NCBI GenBank assembly: GCA_963851265.1
Contig: CAWKNZ010000001.1
Span: 160,001 to 224,000, forward strand
DNA: 64,000 nt
Reading direction: 5' to 3'
Source of the DNA: an uncultured Gemmatimonadales bacterium
Lineage (GTDB): Bacteria; Gemmatimonadota; Gemmatimonadetes; Gemmatimonadales; Gemmatimonadaceae
This document shows, piece after piece, positions 1 to 14,936 of this stretch. Below the pieces are notes generated by a model. That model saw only the letters and a list, made by a program, of their open reading frames with translations, was not told the origin of the DNA and searched no databases. Numbering within the stretch: the first letter of the stretch is position 1; the number at the start of each line of letters is the position of its first letter. The translations under genes were made by a program, and so were the position numbers.

Positions 1-195
1 CGTGGCCTCGTCGCTCTGCTCGAACGGCGGCAACTGGGGCGCGGTCCCGCGGCCCGCCTCGGTCATCCGCATGCCGCGCGGTGCGTTGGGGTTGATCGTC
101 AGGCAGCCGGCGGCCGCGAGGGCGGTCGTGGCGAGCGCGAGGCGCACCGGGGCGCGGGGCCCGCGCGCGCGGGGGCGGGGTCGTGGCGACGTCAT
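1..195 (-). CDS. Putative lipoprotein, N-terminal part only (runs off window start)
   Basis: Manual translation from ATG at 195: MTSPRPRPRARGPRAPVRLALATTALAAAGCLTINPN...; basic N-region, hydrophobic core, lipobox-like AAGC; no stop before position 1. Confidence 0.6.
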   Translation of the reverse strand, partial: MTSPRPRPRARGPRAPVRLALATTALAAAGCLTINPNAPRGMRMTEAGRGTAPQLPPFEQSDEAT

Positions 196-638
196 CTTGG
201 CGAAAGGGTGTGGAGGACCGGCGTCGCGCCCGGCCGTGCGCGGACGGGCGGCCGCGGACGGTGGGCACACGGATTCCCCAACGCATCCGGTGCGCCGGCG
301 CGGTCCCGATCGGGGGGTTGACCGGGCCCGCGCCGGCCGGTCGCGGCCCCGCCTGCTGCCCCGCCCGCCACCCCGTCCGCGGCGGCTCCGCGGGCCACTC
401 CGCGTCCCGGTCGCGCGACGCGGCGCGCGGCGCGGCGGAGCGCGGCGCGACGGGACGCCGCGAGTGCCTAACGGTGCGCGATCGCGGTCGCCGGACGACG
501 TCCGGTGCCTAACGATCGGTGCCTGCGCGCGCGCGCCGTAGCCCTCGCGCTACGGCGCGCGCGCGCGGAACGGGTGTTGCACCCTGGGGCGTCCCACGGT
601 TCGACCGTCTATATCCACTCCGCTTGGAGGGTACGCCG

Positions 639-899
639 ATGCGCACGCCCCGTTTCGCCCGTCACGCCGCCGCGATCGCCGGCCTCGCACTCCCCGCGCT
701 TCTCGTCGCCTCGTCCTCGGGCGCGCAGGAGCCGCACCACAGCAAGACCAAGGGCGCCGTCGTTGGCGGCGCGACCGGCGCGGTCGTCGGCGGTCCCGTG
801 GGCGCGGTCGCCGGCGCGGCTGTCGGCGCCGAGGTCCAGCACCACCGCAACGTGAAGGCCCGCCGCCGCGCCGCGCGCGCGGCTCGCGCGGGGCACTAG
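639..899 (+). CDS. Small exported glycine-zipper protein
   Basis: GGAGG at 626-630, ATG 639; signal peptide followed by GAVVGGATGAVVGGPVGAVAGAAVG. Confidence 0.75.
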   Translation: MRTPRFARHAAAIAGLALPALLVASSSGAQEPHHSKTKGAVVGGATGAVVGGPVGAVAGAAVGAEVQHHRNVKARRRAARAARAGH

Positions 900-1074
900 G
901 CCCCGCGGGGCGGGCCGGCACAATCGGCGGCGGGTGCGCGATCGCGCACCCGCCGCTGATTGTGTCAGCCCCGCCGAGAGGTACATACTCCCTCCGCGCG
1001 CCGCACGGCCACGTGGAACGGCGCGGGTGACGTACGCGGGGGAGCATCGGGTGGGCACACGGGTCGGATCGAGC

Positions 1075-2457
1075 ATGGGGCCGCGCGGTCGCGCGGCGTG
1101 GCAAAGGGTTCTCGTGGGCGCGGCGGCTCTCGGGGCGGCCGGTACAGCGGCCGCCTGTGCCACCGCGCGGCCGGCCGCCAAGCCGCCGGCCGCGTCGGTC
1201 GCGTCGCCGGTGCCGGTGGTCGTAGTGCCGCCGGCGCCCGACACGTCACTGCTCGTCGCCGCACGCGCGGCGGCCGCCGCGCGTCGCGACACCGCACCCG
1301 CTCCCCCGCCGCAACCGCCGGCGCTCGACTCGGCGCCGCCCCCGCTCGACCCCACCGACGGCAGCGGCCGTGTGCGTTGGGTGGGGCGCGAGGCCGACCG
1401 CACGATCGCTCCGGCCGACCGCGCGCTGCTGCGCAGCGTGTTCGGCATCGACGACGTGCGGCGCATCTACGTGCCCACCACGCCAGGCGAGGTGCTGCGC
1501 TACGCGGCGCACGCCCCCGGCTGCCCCGACGTCGGCCCGAACGGCGGGCGCCCCACCACCCGCGGCGGCGCGTGCCGCGTGGTCGGCGTGCGCATCGGAC
1601 TCGCCGCGCCGCGTGACAGCACCGAGACCTGGGACGCGTTCACGGCGCGCGTGGAGCGAGGCGGCCCGCGCGTTTGGTCTGCCAACGGAGGGCGCGCCGC
1701 GTACTCCGGGCTCGACGCGCTCGACCCCGAGGCGCGCCCCGCCTTCCAGCGTCTGATCGACGACGCCCGCGCCGCAGGGTTTCCGATCCACGTGCGCGAG
1801 ACGTACCGCACGCCCGAACGCCAGGCGGCGATCCTCGCCCGCAACGACGGCCGCACCACGACGCTCACGTCGGCGCACTCGTTCGGGCGCGCGGTCGACA
1901 TCGCGGTGAGCGGCCGACACAGCACCTGGGTCGAGTTCCGGCGCTGGGTGCTGCGGCAGCAGAACGGCGCGTTCCGCCTGATCGGCACTCCCGAGAGCAC
2001 GTGGGACTGGCCGCACGTCGAGTACGTCGGCCCGGCCGGGGGCCCGCCGCTCGGCTACGCGTCGGTCGACGCACTCGTCGCCGCGGCGCGCGTGTGCCGC
2101 GCCGGGGCAGCGAGCGACGTGGAGGCGGCCCGGCGCTGCACGCAGGAGTCGCCGCGCCCGGCGGAGAGCGTGCTCGCCACCACCGTCTCGGACGACGAAC
2201 CGGTCGGGCGCGCGCGGCGCGGACACCGGCACGGGCGGCATGCGTCGGCCCGCAGCGTGCGCGGAAGGAGCGCGCGCGGCAGCCGGTCGCACGGCGCGCG
2301 TCAATCGACGACGCACCACGGGTCGAAGGGCGACGAGTCGTCGGCGCACTCGTCGTCCGCGCATTCGTCGTCGAAGCACGCGTCGTCCAAGCACGGGGCG
2401 TCCAAGCACGGGGCGTCCGGGGGCGGCTCGTCACGCGCCAAACACCGCTCCCGCTGA
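1075..2457 (+). CDS. M15-family metallopeptidase lipoprotein (L-Ala-D-Glu/D,D-peptidase-like) with Ser/His/Lys-rich tail
   Basis: Lipobox-like AAAC; motifs ETYRTPERQ, SAHSFGRAVD (SxHxxGxAxD), DWPHVE; start uncertain. Confidence 0.75.
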   Translation: MGPRGRAAWQRVLVGAAALGAAGTAAACATARPAAKPPAASVASPVPVVVVPPAPDTSLLVAARAAAAARRDTAPAPPPQPPALDSAPPPLDPTDGSGRVRWVGREADRTIAPADRALLRSVFGIDDVRRIYVPTTPGEVLRYAAHAPGCPDVGPNGGRPTTRGGACRVVGVRIGLAAPRDSTETWDAFTARVERGGPRVWSANGGRAAYSGLDALDPEARPAFQRLIDDARAAGFPIHVRETYRTPERQAAILARNDGRTTTLTSAHSFGRAVDIAVSGRHSTWVEFRRWVLRQQNGAFRLIGTPESTWDWPHVEYVGPAGGPPLGYASVDALVAAARVCRAGAASDVEAARRCTQESPRPAESVLATTVSDDEPVGRARRGHRHGRHASARSVRGRSARGSRSHGARQSTTHHGSKGDESSAHSSSAHSSSKHASSKHGASKHGASGGGSSRAKHRSR

Positions 2458-2487
2458 CCCGCGGACGGGGCGGCTAAGTTCGTGGCC

Positions 2488-3357
2488 ATGTCGCCCTGGA
2501 TCCTCGGCGCCCGCCCGCGCACCCTCCCCGCCGCCGTCGTGCCCGTGGTCGTGGGCACCGCGTGCGCCGCGCCGCACGTGATCTGGTGGCGCGCCCTCGC
2601 CGCCCTCGTCGTCGCCCTGGCCCTGCAGGTGGGCGTCAACTACGCCAACGACTACAGCGACGGCGTGCGCGGCACCGACGCCGAACGCGTGGGCCCGGTG
2701 CGCCTCGTCGCATCGGGGCTCAAGCCGGCCGGCGCCGTGCGGCGCGCCGCGTTCCTCGCCTTCGCGGTCGCCGCGATCGCCGGCGCGGCCCTCGCCGCGG
2801 CCGCCGACCCGCGACTCGTGCTCGTCGGCCTCGGCTGCATCTTCGCGGCGTGGTTCTACACCGGCGGCGCGCGCCCTTACGGCTACCGCGGCTTCGGCGA
2901 GCTGAGCGTGTTCGTCTTCTTCGGCCTCGTCGCGACCATCGGCACGGCGTACGTGCAGGCGCCCGGCTGGAACGCCGCCACGCAGCTCGCCGCGCGCGCG
3001 GCCGGCCCGCTCGGACTCCTCGCCTGCGCGATGCTCGTCGTCAACAACCTGCGCGATCTGCCCGGCGACCGCGCCGTGGGCAAGCACACCCTCGCCGTCC
3101 GTCTCGGCGACGGCCGCACGCGTGGACTGTACGCGGCGTGCGTGCTGCTCCCGTTCTTCGGACTGGGCTCGTTCTCGCTCGCGCGGCCGACGGCGCTCGC
3201 CGCGCTCTTCGCCCTGCCGCTGGCGGTGCGCGCGGTGGGGCGCGTGCGCGCCGGCGCCCGCGGGCCGGCCCTCATTCCCGTGCTCGGCGAAACGGGGCGG
3301 CTACAACTGGCCTACGGCGCCCTGCTGGTGATAGGTCTGGTGCTCGGGGCACGGTAG
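2488..3357 (+). CDS. menA: 1,4-dihydroxy-2-naphthoate polyprenyltransferase
   Basis: ARPRTLPAA, NYANDYSDGVRGTD, NNLRDLPGDRAVGKHTLAVRLG UbiA/MenA motifs; multiple TM segments. Confidence 0.92.
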   Translation: MSPWILGARPRTLPAAVVPVVVGTACAAPHVIWWRALAALVVALALQVGVNYANDYSDGVRGTDAERVGPVRLVASGLKPAGAVRRAAFLAFAVAAIAGAALAAAADPRLVLVGLGCIFAAWFYTGGARPYGYRGFGELSVFVFFGLVATIGTAYVQAPGWNAATQLAARAAGPLGLLACAMLVVNNLRDLPGDRAVGKHTLAVRLGDGRTRGLYAACVLLPFFGLGSFSLARPTALAALFALPLAVRAVGRVRAGARGPALIPVLGETGRLQLAYGALLVIGLVLGAR

Positions 3358-3409
3358 CGTTCGGCACGCGCGCGTCCCGGCCTGCGCGCTCCTCGCCAGC
3401 CCCGCGATC

Positions 3410-4765
3410 ATGACCGCCCTCCTCGCCCGACTCGGCCTTCGCACCCCCGCCCTGCGCGCGTGGGCGCTGTACGACGTCGGGATGGCCGCCGTGTTCACGA
3501 TCCTCATCACGGCCGTCTTCCCGATCTACTTCGCGAAGGCCGCCGCCGCGACGCTTCCCCCCAACGTCGCCAGCGCGCGCTTCTCGCTCGGCAGCGCGGT
3601 CGCCCTCCTCCTCGCGGTCGTCGTCTCTCCGCTCCTCGGCGCCATCGCCGACGCCCGCCCCCTCAAGAAGCGCGTTCTCGTCCTCTCGGTCGGCGTCGGC
3701 GCGCTCGCCACCGCGGCCCTCGGCCTCGCCGGACGCGGCGACTGGGCCTTTGCCCTGTTCGCGTTCGGCGTGCTCAACGTCGCGGTCAACGGCAGTCAGG
3801 TGGTCTACGACGCCATCCTGCCGCACATCGCGCGGCGCGACGAACTGGATCGCGCCTCCACGGCCGCGTACGGCGTGCACTACCTGGGCGGTGGGCTCAT
3901 CCTGCTCGTCGCGCTGTTCGTCATTCAGAATCCGGCCGCCGTGGGACTCGGCGCCGTGGCGGCGCGCGACGGCACCGTCCCCACGCGCCTCGTCTTCGTC
4001 GGCGTGGCCGTGTGGTGGGCGCTGTTCACGATCCCGCTCGTCCGCCGCGTCCCCGAGCCGCCCGCCGCCCCGCGCCCGCCCGGCACGCCCGAGCCGTCGC
4101 TCGGCCAGGCTGCCGCGGGCGCGTTCGCGTCCCTCGCCCGCACGGTGCGCACCCTGCGCGCGCTCCCCAACACGGGGCGCTTCCTGCTCGGCTTCATCTT
4201 CTACAACGACGGCGTCAACACGATCATCCGCCTCGCCACGGTCTACGGCGCGGAGCTGAAGCTGCGGGACTCCGCGCTCATCACCGCGATCGTGATGGTG
4301 CAGTTCGTCGGCATCCCGTTCGCCTTCGCCTTCGGCGCGCTCGCCGATCGGGTGGGCGCCAAGCGCGCGGTGCTCGGCGCGATCGGCGTGTACGTGGTGA
4401 TCTCGGGGATCGCCTACGGCATGAAGACCGAGCGCGACTTCTTCCTGCTCGCCGCGCTCGTCGCGACCGTGCAGGGCGGTGCGCAGGCGCTGTCCCGCTC
4501 GCTCTACGCGAGTCTCACTCCCGCGTCGCGCTCGGGTGAGTTCTTCGCCCTCTTCTCGGTGTTCAGCCGCTTCGGTGGGCTCATCGGTCAGGTGGCGTTC
4601 TTCGTCATCACGACGCTCACCGGGTCCAGCCGGCTCGGGATTCTTTCGGTGGTCGCGCTGTTCGTCGCGGGTGGAGCGCTGCTCGCGCGGGTGAAGCTCG
4701 ACCAGGGACGGGCAGACGCGCGTGCGCTCGACGCGTCGCTGGCCGGGGTCGCGGCGGCCGCGTGA
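3410..4765 (+). CDS. MFS transporter (UMF1/ATG22-like)
   Basis: WALYD, FYNDGVNTI, GGAQALSRSLY, GEFF motifs; about 12 hydrophobic segments. Confidence 0.85.
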   Translation: MTALLARLGLRTPALRAWALYDVGMAAVFTILITAVFPIYFAKAAAATLPPNVASARFSLGSAVALLLAVVVSPLLGAIADARPLKKRVLVLSVGVGALATAALGLAGRGDWAFALFAFGVLNVAVNGSQVVYDAILPHIARRDELDRASTAAYGVHYLGGGLILLVALFVIQNPAAVGLGAVAARDGTVPTRLVFVGVAVWWALFTIPLVRRVPEPPAAPRPPGTPEPSLGQAAAGAFASLARTVRTLRALPNTGRFLLGFIFYNDGVNTIIRLATVYGAELKLRDSALITAIVMVQFVGIPFAFAFGALADRVGAKRAVLGAIGVYVVISGIAYGMKTERDFFLLAALVATVQGGAQALSRSLYASLTPASRSGEFFALFSVFSRFGGLIGQVAFFVITTLTGSSRLGILSVVALFVAGGALLARVKLDQGRADARALDASLAGVAAAA

Positions 4766-4786
4766 GCGACGCGGACGGCGAGTACC

Positions 4787-5425
4787 TTGGTAGGCGTGCC
4801 CGCGACGCTGCGCCACGAGATCGCCCGCAAGTCCATCCACCTCGCCTCCGCGGCCATTCCGGTCGCGTACGCGGCCGGGCTGCCGCGCGCCGTGCTCGTG
4901 CCGGCGCTCGCCGCCGCGGGGGTGACGGCGGCGACGATCGAGGTCGCCCGCGTGCGCTCGCCGCGCGTGCGGGTCGCGTTCGAGCGGCTGGTCGGGCCGC
5001 TGCTCAGGCCGCACGAGCGTGGGCGGTGGTCGGGCGCGACGTGGATGTGCGCGGCCTATCTCCTCGCCGCACTCGTCTTTCCCCGCGCCGTGGCGGTGGC
5101 GGCGATGCTCGCGGTGGCACTCGGCGATGCGGCGGCCGCCGTCGTCGGGCGCGTGGCGAGCGCGGGCGCGCGGGCGCGGCGCGCGGAAGGACCGGACGCG
5201 CGCGCGGCGGGGCGCAAGACGTGGGCGGGGAGCCTGTCGTGCTTCGCCGCGACCGCCGTCGGCGCGCTCGTCGTCGCGCGCCTGGACGCGCCGGCCGCGC
5301 TCGCGTGCGGGGCGGCGGCGATGCTCGCCGAGCGGCCGCGCTGGGCGGTCGACGACAACGTGCGCATCGTGGTGGCCGCCGGCGCCGTGGCGTGGGGGGT
5401 CGCGTGGGCGGTGCACCGCGTGTGA
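4787..5425 (+). CDS. CTP-dependent polyprenol/phytol/dolichol kinase-like membrane protein
   Basis: EIARKSIHL, LGDAAAAVVG, RKTWAGS, DDN motifs; start TTG 4787 or GTG 4796. Confidence 0.78.
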   Translation: MVGVPATLRHEIARKSIHLASAAIPVAYAAGLPRAVLVPALAAAGVTAATIEVARVRSPRVRVAFERLVGPLLRPHERGRWSGATWMCAAYLLAALVFPRAVAVAAMLAVALGDAAAAVVGRVASAGARARRAEGPDARAAGRKTWAGSLSCFAATAVGALVVARLDAPAALACGAAAMLAERPRWAVDDNVRIVVAAGAVAWGVAWAVHRV

Positions 5426-5442
5426 CGGCCGACGACGCGTTC

Positions 5443-5471
5443 TTGACAGCTTCGCCGGTCGATCCTATATA
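5443..5471 (+). promoter_or_regulatory. Sigma70-like promoter of the cold-shock gene
   Basis: TTGACA (5443-5448), 17 nt, TATATA (5466-5471); implies a 5' UTR of about 105 nt. Confidence 0.65.
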
Positions 5472-5581
5472 GGCGCCGCGCCGGCCGTCTGGTGGGCGTC
5501 GCCGGTCGCGCGTGGGCGCGTGCGGCGTGAGAGCACCCGCATCACCGGTGCGCACCGAGCGCACCGCAGGAGACAGCGCGC

Positions 5582-5782
5582 ATGGCCAGGGGCAAGGTCA
5601 AGTGGTTCAATGACGCCAAGGGGTACGGCTTCATCGAACAGGACGGCGGCGAAGACGTGTTCGTCCACTTCTCGTCGATCACCATGGACGGCTTCAAGAC
5701 CCTCGCCGAGGGACAGGCCGTCGAGTTCGAGATCAAGAACGGCGACAAGGGGCTGCACGCCGCCAACGTCCAGCGGGTCTGA
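5582..5782 (+). CDS. Cold-shock protein (CspA family)
   Basis: [15 protein letters not shown] and DVFVHFS RNP motifs; AGGAGA RBS. Confidence 0.97.
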   Translation: MARGKVKWFNDAKGYGFIEQDGGEDVFVHFSSITMDGFKTLAEGQAVEFEIKNGDKGLHAANVQRV

Positions 5783-5812
5783 CCTGGCGGCTCTGCCGCG
5801 CGCTGAGCACCG

Positions 5813-5854
5813 ACGACACCGCCCGCCCGGGACACCCCGGGCGGGCGGTGTCGT
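5813..5854 (+). terminator. Perfect 19-bp hairpin after the csp gene
   Basis: ACGACACCGCCCGCCCGGG-acac-CCCGGGCGGGCGGTGTCGT; no U tract. Confidence 0.65.
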
Positions 5855-5884
5855 ATCGGGGCGCCGCGCGCGTATCATCCCGGC

Positions 5885-8959
<3,075 letters not shown>

Positions 8960-9073
8960 CCGGTCGGGCGACCCGCCCCGTGATCCGCCCGGTGACGGGT
9001 TCGATGACGGGGCGTGACGCGGGCGGTGGACCGGGCGTCACGCGCAGAGCCGCTTCCACCGAGGTCCGTCCCC

Positions 9074-9481
9074 GTGTCCACCACCCGTCCACACCGCACG
9101 CCGCGCCGCCGTACGGGCTTCACGCTCGTCGAAATGCTCATCGTGGTGGTGATCATCGGGATCCTCGCCGCGGTCGTGATCCCGAAGTTCTCCAACACGA
9201 CGGCGAAGGCCGACCTGGCGAACGTGAAGTCGGACCTGCACAGCATCGTGCTGACCGAGGAGGGCTACTACAACGAGCACGCGGTCTACACGGCGAGCCT
9301 CGCGCTGCTGGGGGTGCAGTCGTCGCAGGGCGTGATCACGACGGTCGTGGAGGCCGGGCCGCAGGGGTACTCCGCGATGGCCGTGCACCCGGCCGCGGTG
9401 CCGGTGACGTGCGCGGTGTTCTACGGCGCGGCCACGCCGCTCGCGCCCGCGGTCACCGAGGGCGTCATCACCTGCAAGTAG
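9074..9481 (+). CDS. Type IV pilin-like protein
   Basis: Prepilin motif G/FTLVEMLIVVVIIGILAAVVIP; GAGG upstream of GTG 9074. Confidence 0.88.
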   Translation: MSTTRPHRTPRRRTGFTLVEMLIVVVIIGILAAVVIPKFSNTTAKADLANVKSDLHSIVLTEEGYYNEHAVYTASLALLGVQSSQGVITTVVEAGPQGYSAMAVHPAAVPVTCAVFYGAATPLAPAVTEGVITCK

Positions 9482-9503
9482 GGCGCGGGTAGGGCGGACG
9501 CGC

Positions 9504-9791
9504 GTGTCGGGACGTCCGCCCCTCCGCGAGTCGTACCGCGAGTTCGCCCTGCGCCGCGACGGCATGTTGCACGCGATGGACGGCGGACTCTGGCTGCACC
9601 GCCACGTGTGGCGCGGCACGCCGATGGCGCACCTGGTCTCGACGGACCGCGAGGCGCTGCTCGCCTACGGGCGCGCGGCCGGGCTCGACGCGCGGCGGCT
9701 GCAGTTCAAGCCCTTGAAGGACCCGCGCACGGGCGAGCGGCGGAACGCGTGGCACTGGGACCTCGTGGGGCGGTCGCTGCCGCCGCGTTAG
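9504..9791 (+). CDS. Small hypothetical protein, DUF4031-like
   Basis: HLVSTD...L..Y....GL....LQ...HWDL pattern recalls DUF4031. Confidence 0.55.
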   Translation: MSGRPPLRESYREFALRRDGMLHAMDGGLWLHRHVWRGTPMAHLVSTDREALLAYGRAAGLDARRLQFKPLKDPRTGERRNAWHWDLVGRSLPPR

Positions 9792-9831
9792 GCACGGGGC
9801 CGCCGGCCGCGCGGTGCGCGGCCGCGCGCCG

Positions 9832-11127
9832 TCAGTCGAGCGCCCGCCCGCGCGTCTCGGGCGCGCGCGCGAGGGCGACGAGCGCGGGCACGGCCATGAG
9901 CGCGGCGTAGGCCGACACCGGCGCGGTCGAGCCGTAGCGCGCGAGGAGCGCGACGCCGACGATCGGCGCGACCGCGCCCGACGCCACCGAGGCGAGCTGA
10001 TAGCCTAACGAGAAGCCCGTGTAGCGCGCGGCGGTCGGGAACAGCTCGACGAAGAACGCCGACATGCCGCCGACGATCACCCCGTGGGCGATTCCGCCGC
10101 CGACGGCGACGAGCGTGAGGCCGAGCGCGCCGGCCGGGGCGCCCAACCGGAAGAGGGCGAAGGACCACGCGGCCGCGGCGAGGAGGCCGGCGGCCGTGAC
10201 CGGGCGCCGCCCGACACGGTCCGACCACCGCCCGGCGAGCACGATCACGCCCACCTCGACGGCCGAGGCGACGACCGTGGCGGTGAGCGCGACGCCGCGC
10301 GGGCGGTGCAGCACCCGCGTCACCCAGACGACGAAGAAGGTCGTGAAGACGTAGAAGAGCGCGTTCTCGCCGGCCTTCACGCAGAACACGGTGAGCAGGG
10401 CGCGCCAGTGCGCGGCGACGGTGGCCGCGAGCGGCGCGCGCGCGTCGGGCGCGCGCGCGGCCCGGCGCGCCTGGTACGCCTCGAACAGCGGCGACTCCTC
10501 GATGCGCGCGCGCATCCAGAGCCCGACGGCGACGAGCACGCCCGAGAGCAGGAACGCGACGCGCCAGCCCCACGCGCCGAACTGCGCCTCGGTGAGGGCG
10601 CCCGAGAGCAGGGCGAGCACGCCCGCCGCGGCGACGTTGCCCGCGGGCCCGCCGGTCTGCGGCCACGCGGTCCACTCGCCGCGGCGTGGCGCGTCCAGCG
10701 ACTCGGCCACGAGCAGCACCGCCCCGCCGACCTCGCCGCCGACCGCGACGCCCTGCACGAGCCGGAGCAGGACGAGCAGCGCGGGGGCGACGGGGCCCGC
10801 CTGGGCGTAGGTGGGCAGGAGCCCGACGCCGACGGTGGCCGCGCCCATCAGCAGGAGGCTCGCGACGAGGGCGCGCTTGCGCCCGCGGCGGTCGCCGAGC
10901 GCGCCGAAGAGCGCGCCGCCTAACGGTCGGGTGGCGAAGCCGACCGCGTAGGTCATCAGGGCGAGCAGCGTGCCGGTGAGCGGGTCGGTGCGGGGGAAGA
11001 AGGCGCGGTCGAAGACCAGCGCGGCGGCGGAGGCGAAGACGAAGAAGTCGTACCACTCGACGACGCTGCCGACGGCGCTGGCAACCAGCACCCGTCGCGT
11101 GTCGCCCGCCGGTGCCGTCGCGAGCAT
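9832..11127 (-). CDS. MFS transporter, metabolite:H+ symporter (ShiA-like)
   Basis: GSVVEWYDF, RPLGGALFGALGDRRGRK, GGEVGGA, IEESP. Confidence 0.9.
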   Translation of the reverse strand: MLATAPAGDTRRVLVASAVGSVVEWYDFFVFASAAALVFDRAFFPRTDPLTGTLLALMTYAVGFATRPLGGALFGALGDRRGRKRALVASLLLMGAATVGVGLLPTYAQAGPVAPALLVLLRLVQGVAVGGEVGGAVLLVAESLDAPRRGEWTAWPQTGGPAGNVAAAGVLALLSGALTEAQFGAWGWRVAFLLSGVLVAVGLWMRARIEESPLFEAYQARRAARAPDARAPLAATVAAHWRALLTVFCVKAGENALFYVFTTFFVVWVTRVLHRPRGVALTATVVASAVEVGVIVLAGRWSDRVGRRPVTAAGLLAAAAWSFALFRLGAPAGALGLTLVAVGGGIAHGVIVGGMSAFFVELFPTAARYTGFSLGYQLASVASGAVAPIVGVALLARYGSTAPVSAYAALMAVPALVALARAPETRGRALD

Positions 11128-11190
11128 GTCGAGGGAGCTGCCGCGGCCCGCGGGTGGCGCACCCGGGGAGGGAGGCACGGACGACGACGA

Positions 11191-13299
<2,109 letters not shown>

Positions 13300-13410
13300 G
13301 ACGGGAACGTGGTGCGCGCGCGGGCGCGGTGCAACTGCAGCATGCGCCGCTCGCCGCGCACCGGCCGGCCCTCTATCGGCGTGGACGGGGGCGGTCGATA
13401 TTGGCGCGCC

Positions 13411-13887
13411 ATGCTGACCTTTCGGATGTTGGGAGGCGTCGCGCTCGCGGGCGATGACGGGGCCGAGGTCGACGCGCTCCTGCGCCAGACCAAGCACGTC
13501 GCGCTGCTCGCCTACCTCGCGCTGCCCCGGCCCGGCACGTGGCACCGGCGGGACACGTTGCTCGCCATCTTCTGGCCCGAGCTGGACGAGGCGCGCGCGC
13601 GCACCGCGCTGCGCAGCGCGCTCCACATCCTCCGCCGGCACGTCGGCCCGCATACCGTCCGGAACCGTGGTACCGGCGAGGTCGGGCTCGCCCCCGAGGC
13701 GCTCGCCACCGACGTCGGCCGGCTGCGCGACGCCGCAGCCGATCGTCGCCACGCCGACGCGCTGGCGTGCTACCGCGGCGAGTTGCTCCCGGCGCTGCAC
13801 GTCGACGACGCGGACGGGTTCCAGCGGTGGCTCGAGGCGGAGCGGGTGGGGCTGGTCACGCAACCCCCGACACCGAGGAAATCGTGA
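13411..13887 (+). CDS. AfsR/SARP-type regulator: winged helix plus truncated BTAD
   Basis: ALLAYLAL, RRDTLLAIFWPE, ARTALRSALHILR, YRGELL, WLEAER, then an early stop. Confidence 0.75.
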   Translation: MLTFRMLGGVALAGDDGAEVDALLRQTKHVALLAYLALPRPGTWHRRDTLLAIFWPELDEARARTALRSALHILRRHVGPHTVRNRGTGEVGLAPEALATDVGRLRDAAADRRHADALACYRGELLPALHVDDADGFQRWLEAERVGLVTQPPTPRKS

Positions 13888-14696
13888 AGCAGACGACGAG
13901 CGCGACGGGCGCGAGAACCGCGTCGGTCAACGGCGACCTGTGGGGCGCGCGGGCCCGTGACTGGGCCGACGTGCAGGAGGGGCAGGCGCGGGTGCTCTAC
14001 GACGCCGTCCTCGAAGCGCTCGCGGTCCGTCGCGGGACGCAGCTCCTGGATGCGGGGTGCGGCGCCGGGATGGTCGCGATGCTCGCCGCGGCGCGCGGGG
14101 CGACCGTCACGGGCGTCGACGCGTCGGACGCGCTGCTCGCGATCGCCCGCGAGCGCGTCCCGGACGCCGAGTTTCGCCGGGGCGACCTGGAATTGCTGCC
14201 CGTTTCCGACGCGCAGTTCGACGCCGTGACCGGCTTCAACGCGTTTCAGTATGCCGGGTCGCCCGTCGCGGCGCTTCGCGAGGCGCGTCGCGTCGCGCGC
14301 CCCGGGGCGCCGGTGGTGATTGCCACCTGGGGTCGGCCGGACGGGATGCCCGCCGCGTCGCTCGTCACCGCGCTGCGCCCGTTGTTGCCGCCCCCGCCCC
14401 CCGGCGCGCCGGGCCCGTTCGCGCTCTCCGACGAGGCGGCGCTCCGCGCGCTCGCGAGCGAGGCCGGGCTCGTGCCCGAGCGCGTGGCCGATGTCGAGGC
14501 GACGTGGACGTACCCCGACCTCGCCACGGCCGTGCGCGGGCTCAACGCGTCGGGCGTCGCGCAGCGTGCCATCCGGTACGCGGGCGAGGACGCGGTGACG
14601 CGCGCCCACGCCGACGCGCTCGCGCCGTTCGGCACGCGCGACGGCGGGTTCGCCGTGGGCGCGACGTTCCGCTACCTCGTCGCGCGCGCGGCGTGA
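13884..14696 (+). CDS. Class I SAM-dependent methyltransferase
   Basis: LLDAGCGAG, GVDAS, FDAVTGFN; GAGGA RBS; GTGA overlap with upstream stop. Confidence 0.9.
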   Translation: MKQTTSATGARTASVNGDLWGARARDWADVQEGQARVLYDAVLEALAVRRGTQLLDAGCGAGMVAMLAAARGATVTGVDASDALLAIARERVPDAEFRRGDLELLPVSDAQFDAVTGFNAFQYAGSPVAALREARRVARPGAPVVIATWGRPDGMPAASLVTALRPLLPPPPPGAPGPFALSDEAALRALASEAGLVPERVADVEATWTYPDLATAVRGLNASGVAQRAIRYAGEDAVTRAHADALAPFGTRDGGFAVGATFRYLVARAA

Positions 14697-14936
14697 CGCC
14701 GGAGGCGCGCTGTTAGGCTCTCCACTCGATGCCGCCGCCGGGCCGGTGCCCGGGCGCTGACACGCCGGGCACGCGGTCCGCGCCGAGATGGGCGGCCGGG
14801 ACGCGGGCTCGCGTCGTGAACGCCTCAACCGCGACGATCGGAACCCGGACGTCGCGGGGTCGCCGCCGCCCCCGGATCCGCGCGAAAGCGCCTCGCCGAC
14901 GCGCGTCGCCGGGAGCGCGGCGTCAGCGGCGCCGGG

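Noticed and set aside
1005..1020. ACGGCCACGTGGAACG as a canonical parS
   Set aside because: Only the right half matches and it is not palindromic
4762..4800. Frameshift joining GTG 4762 to the kinase frame
   Set aside because: No slippery sequence, and in-frame TTG/GTG starts are available at 4787/4796
8974..9014. Imperfect inverted repeat after polA as a REP or mobile element
   Set aside because: Single copy; more simply a terminator-like hairpin
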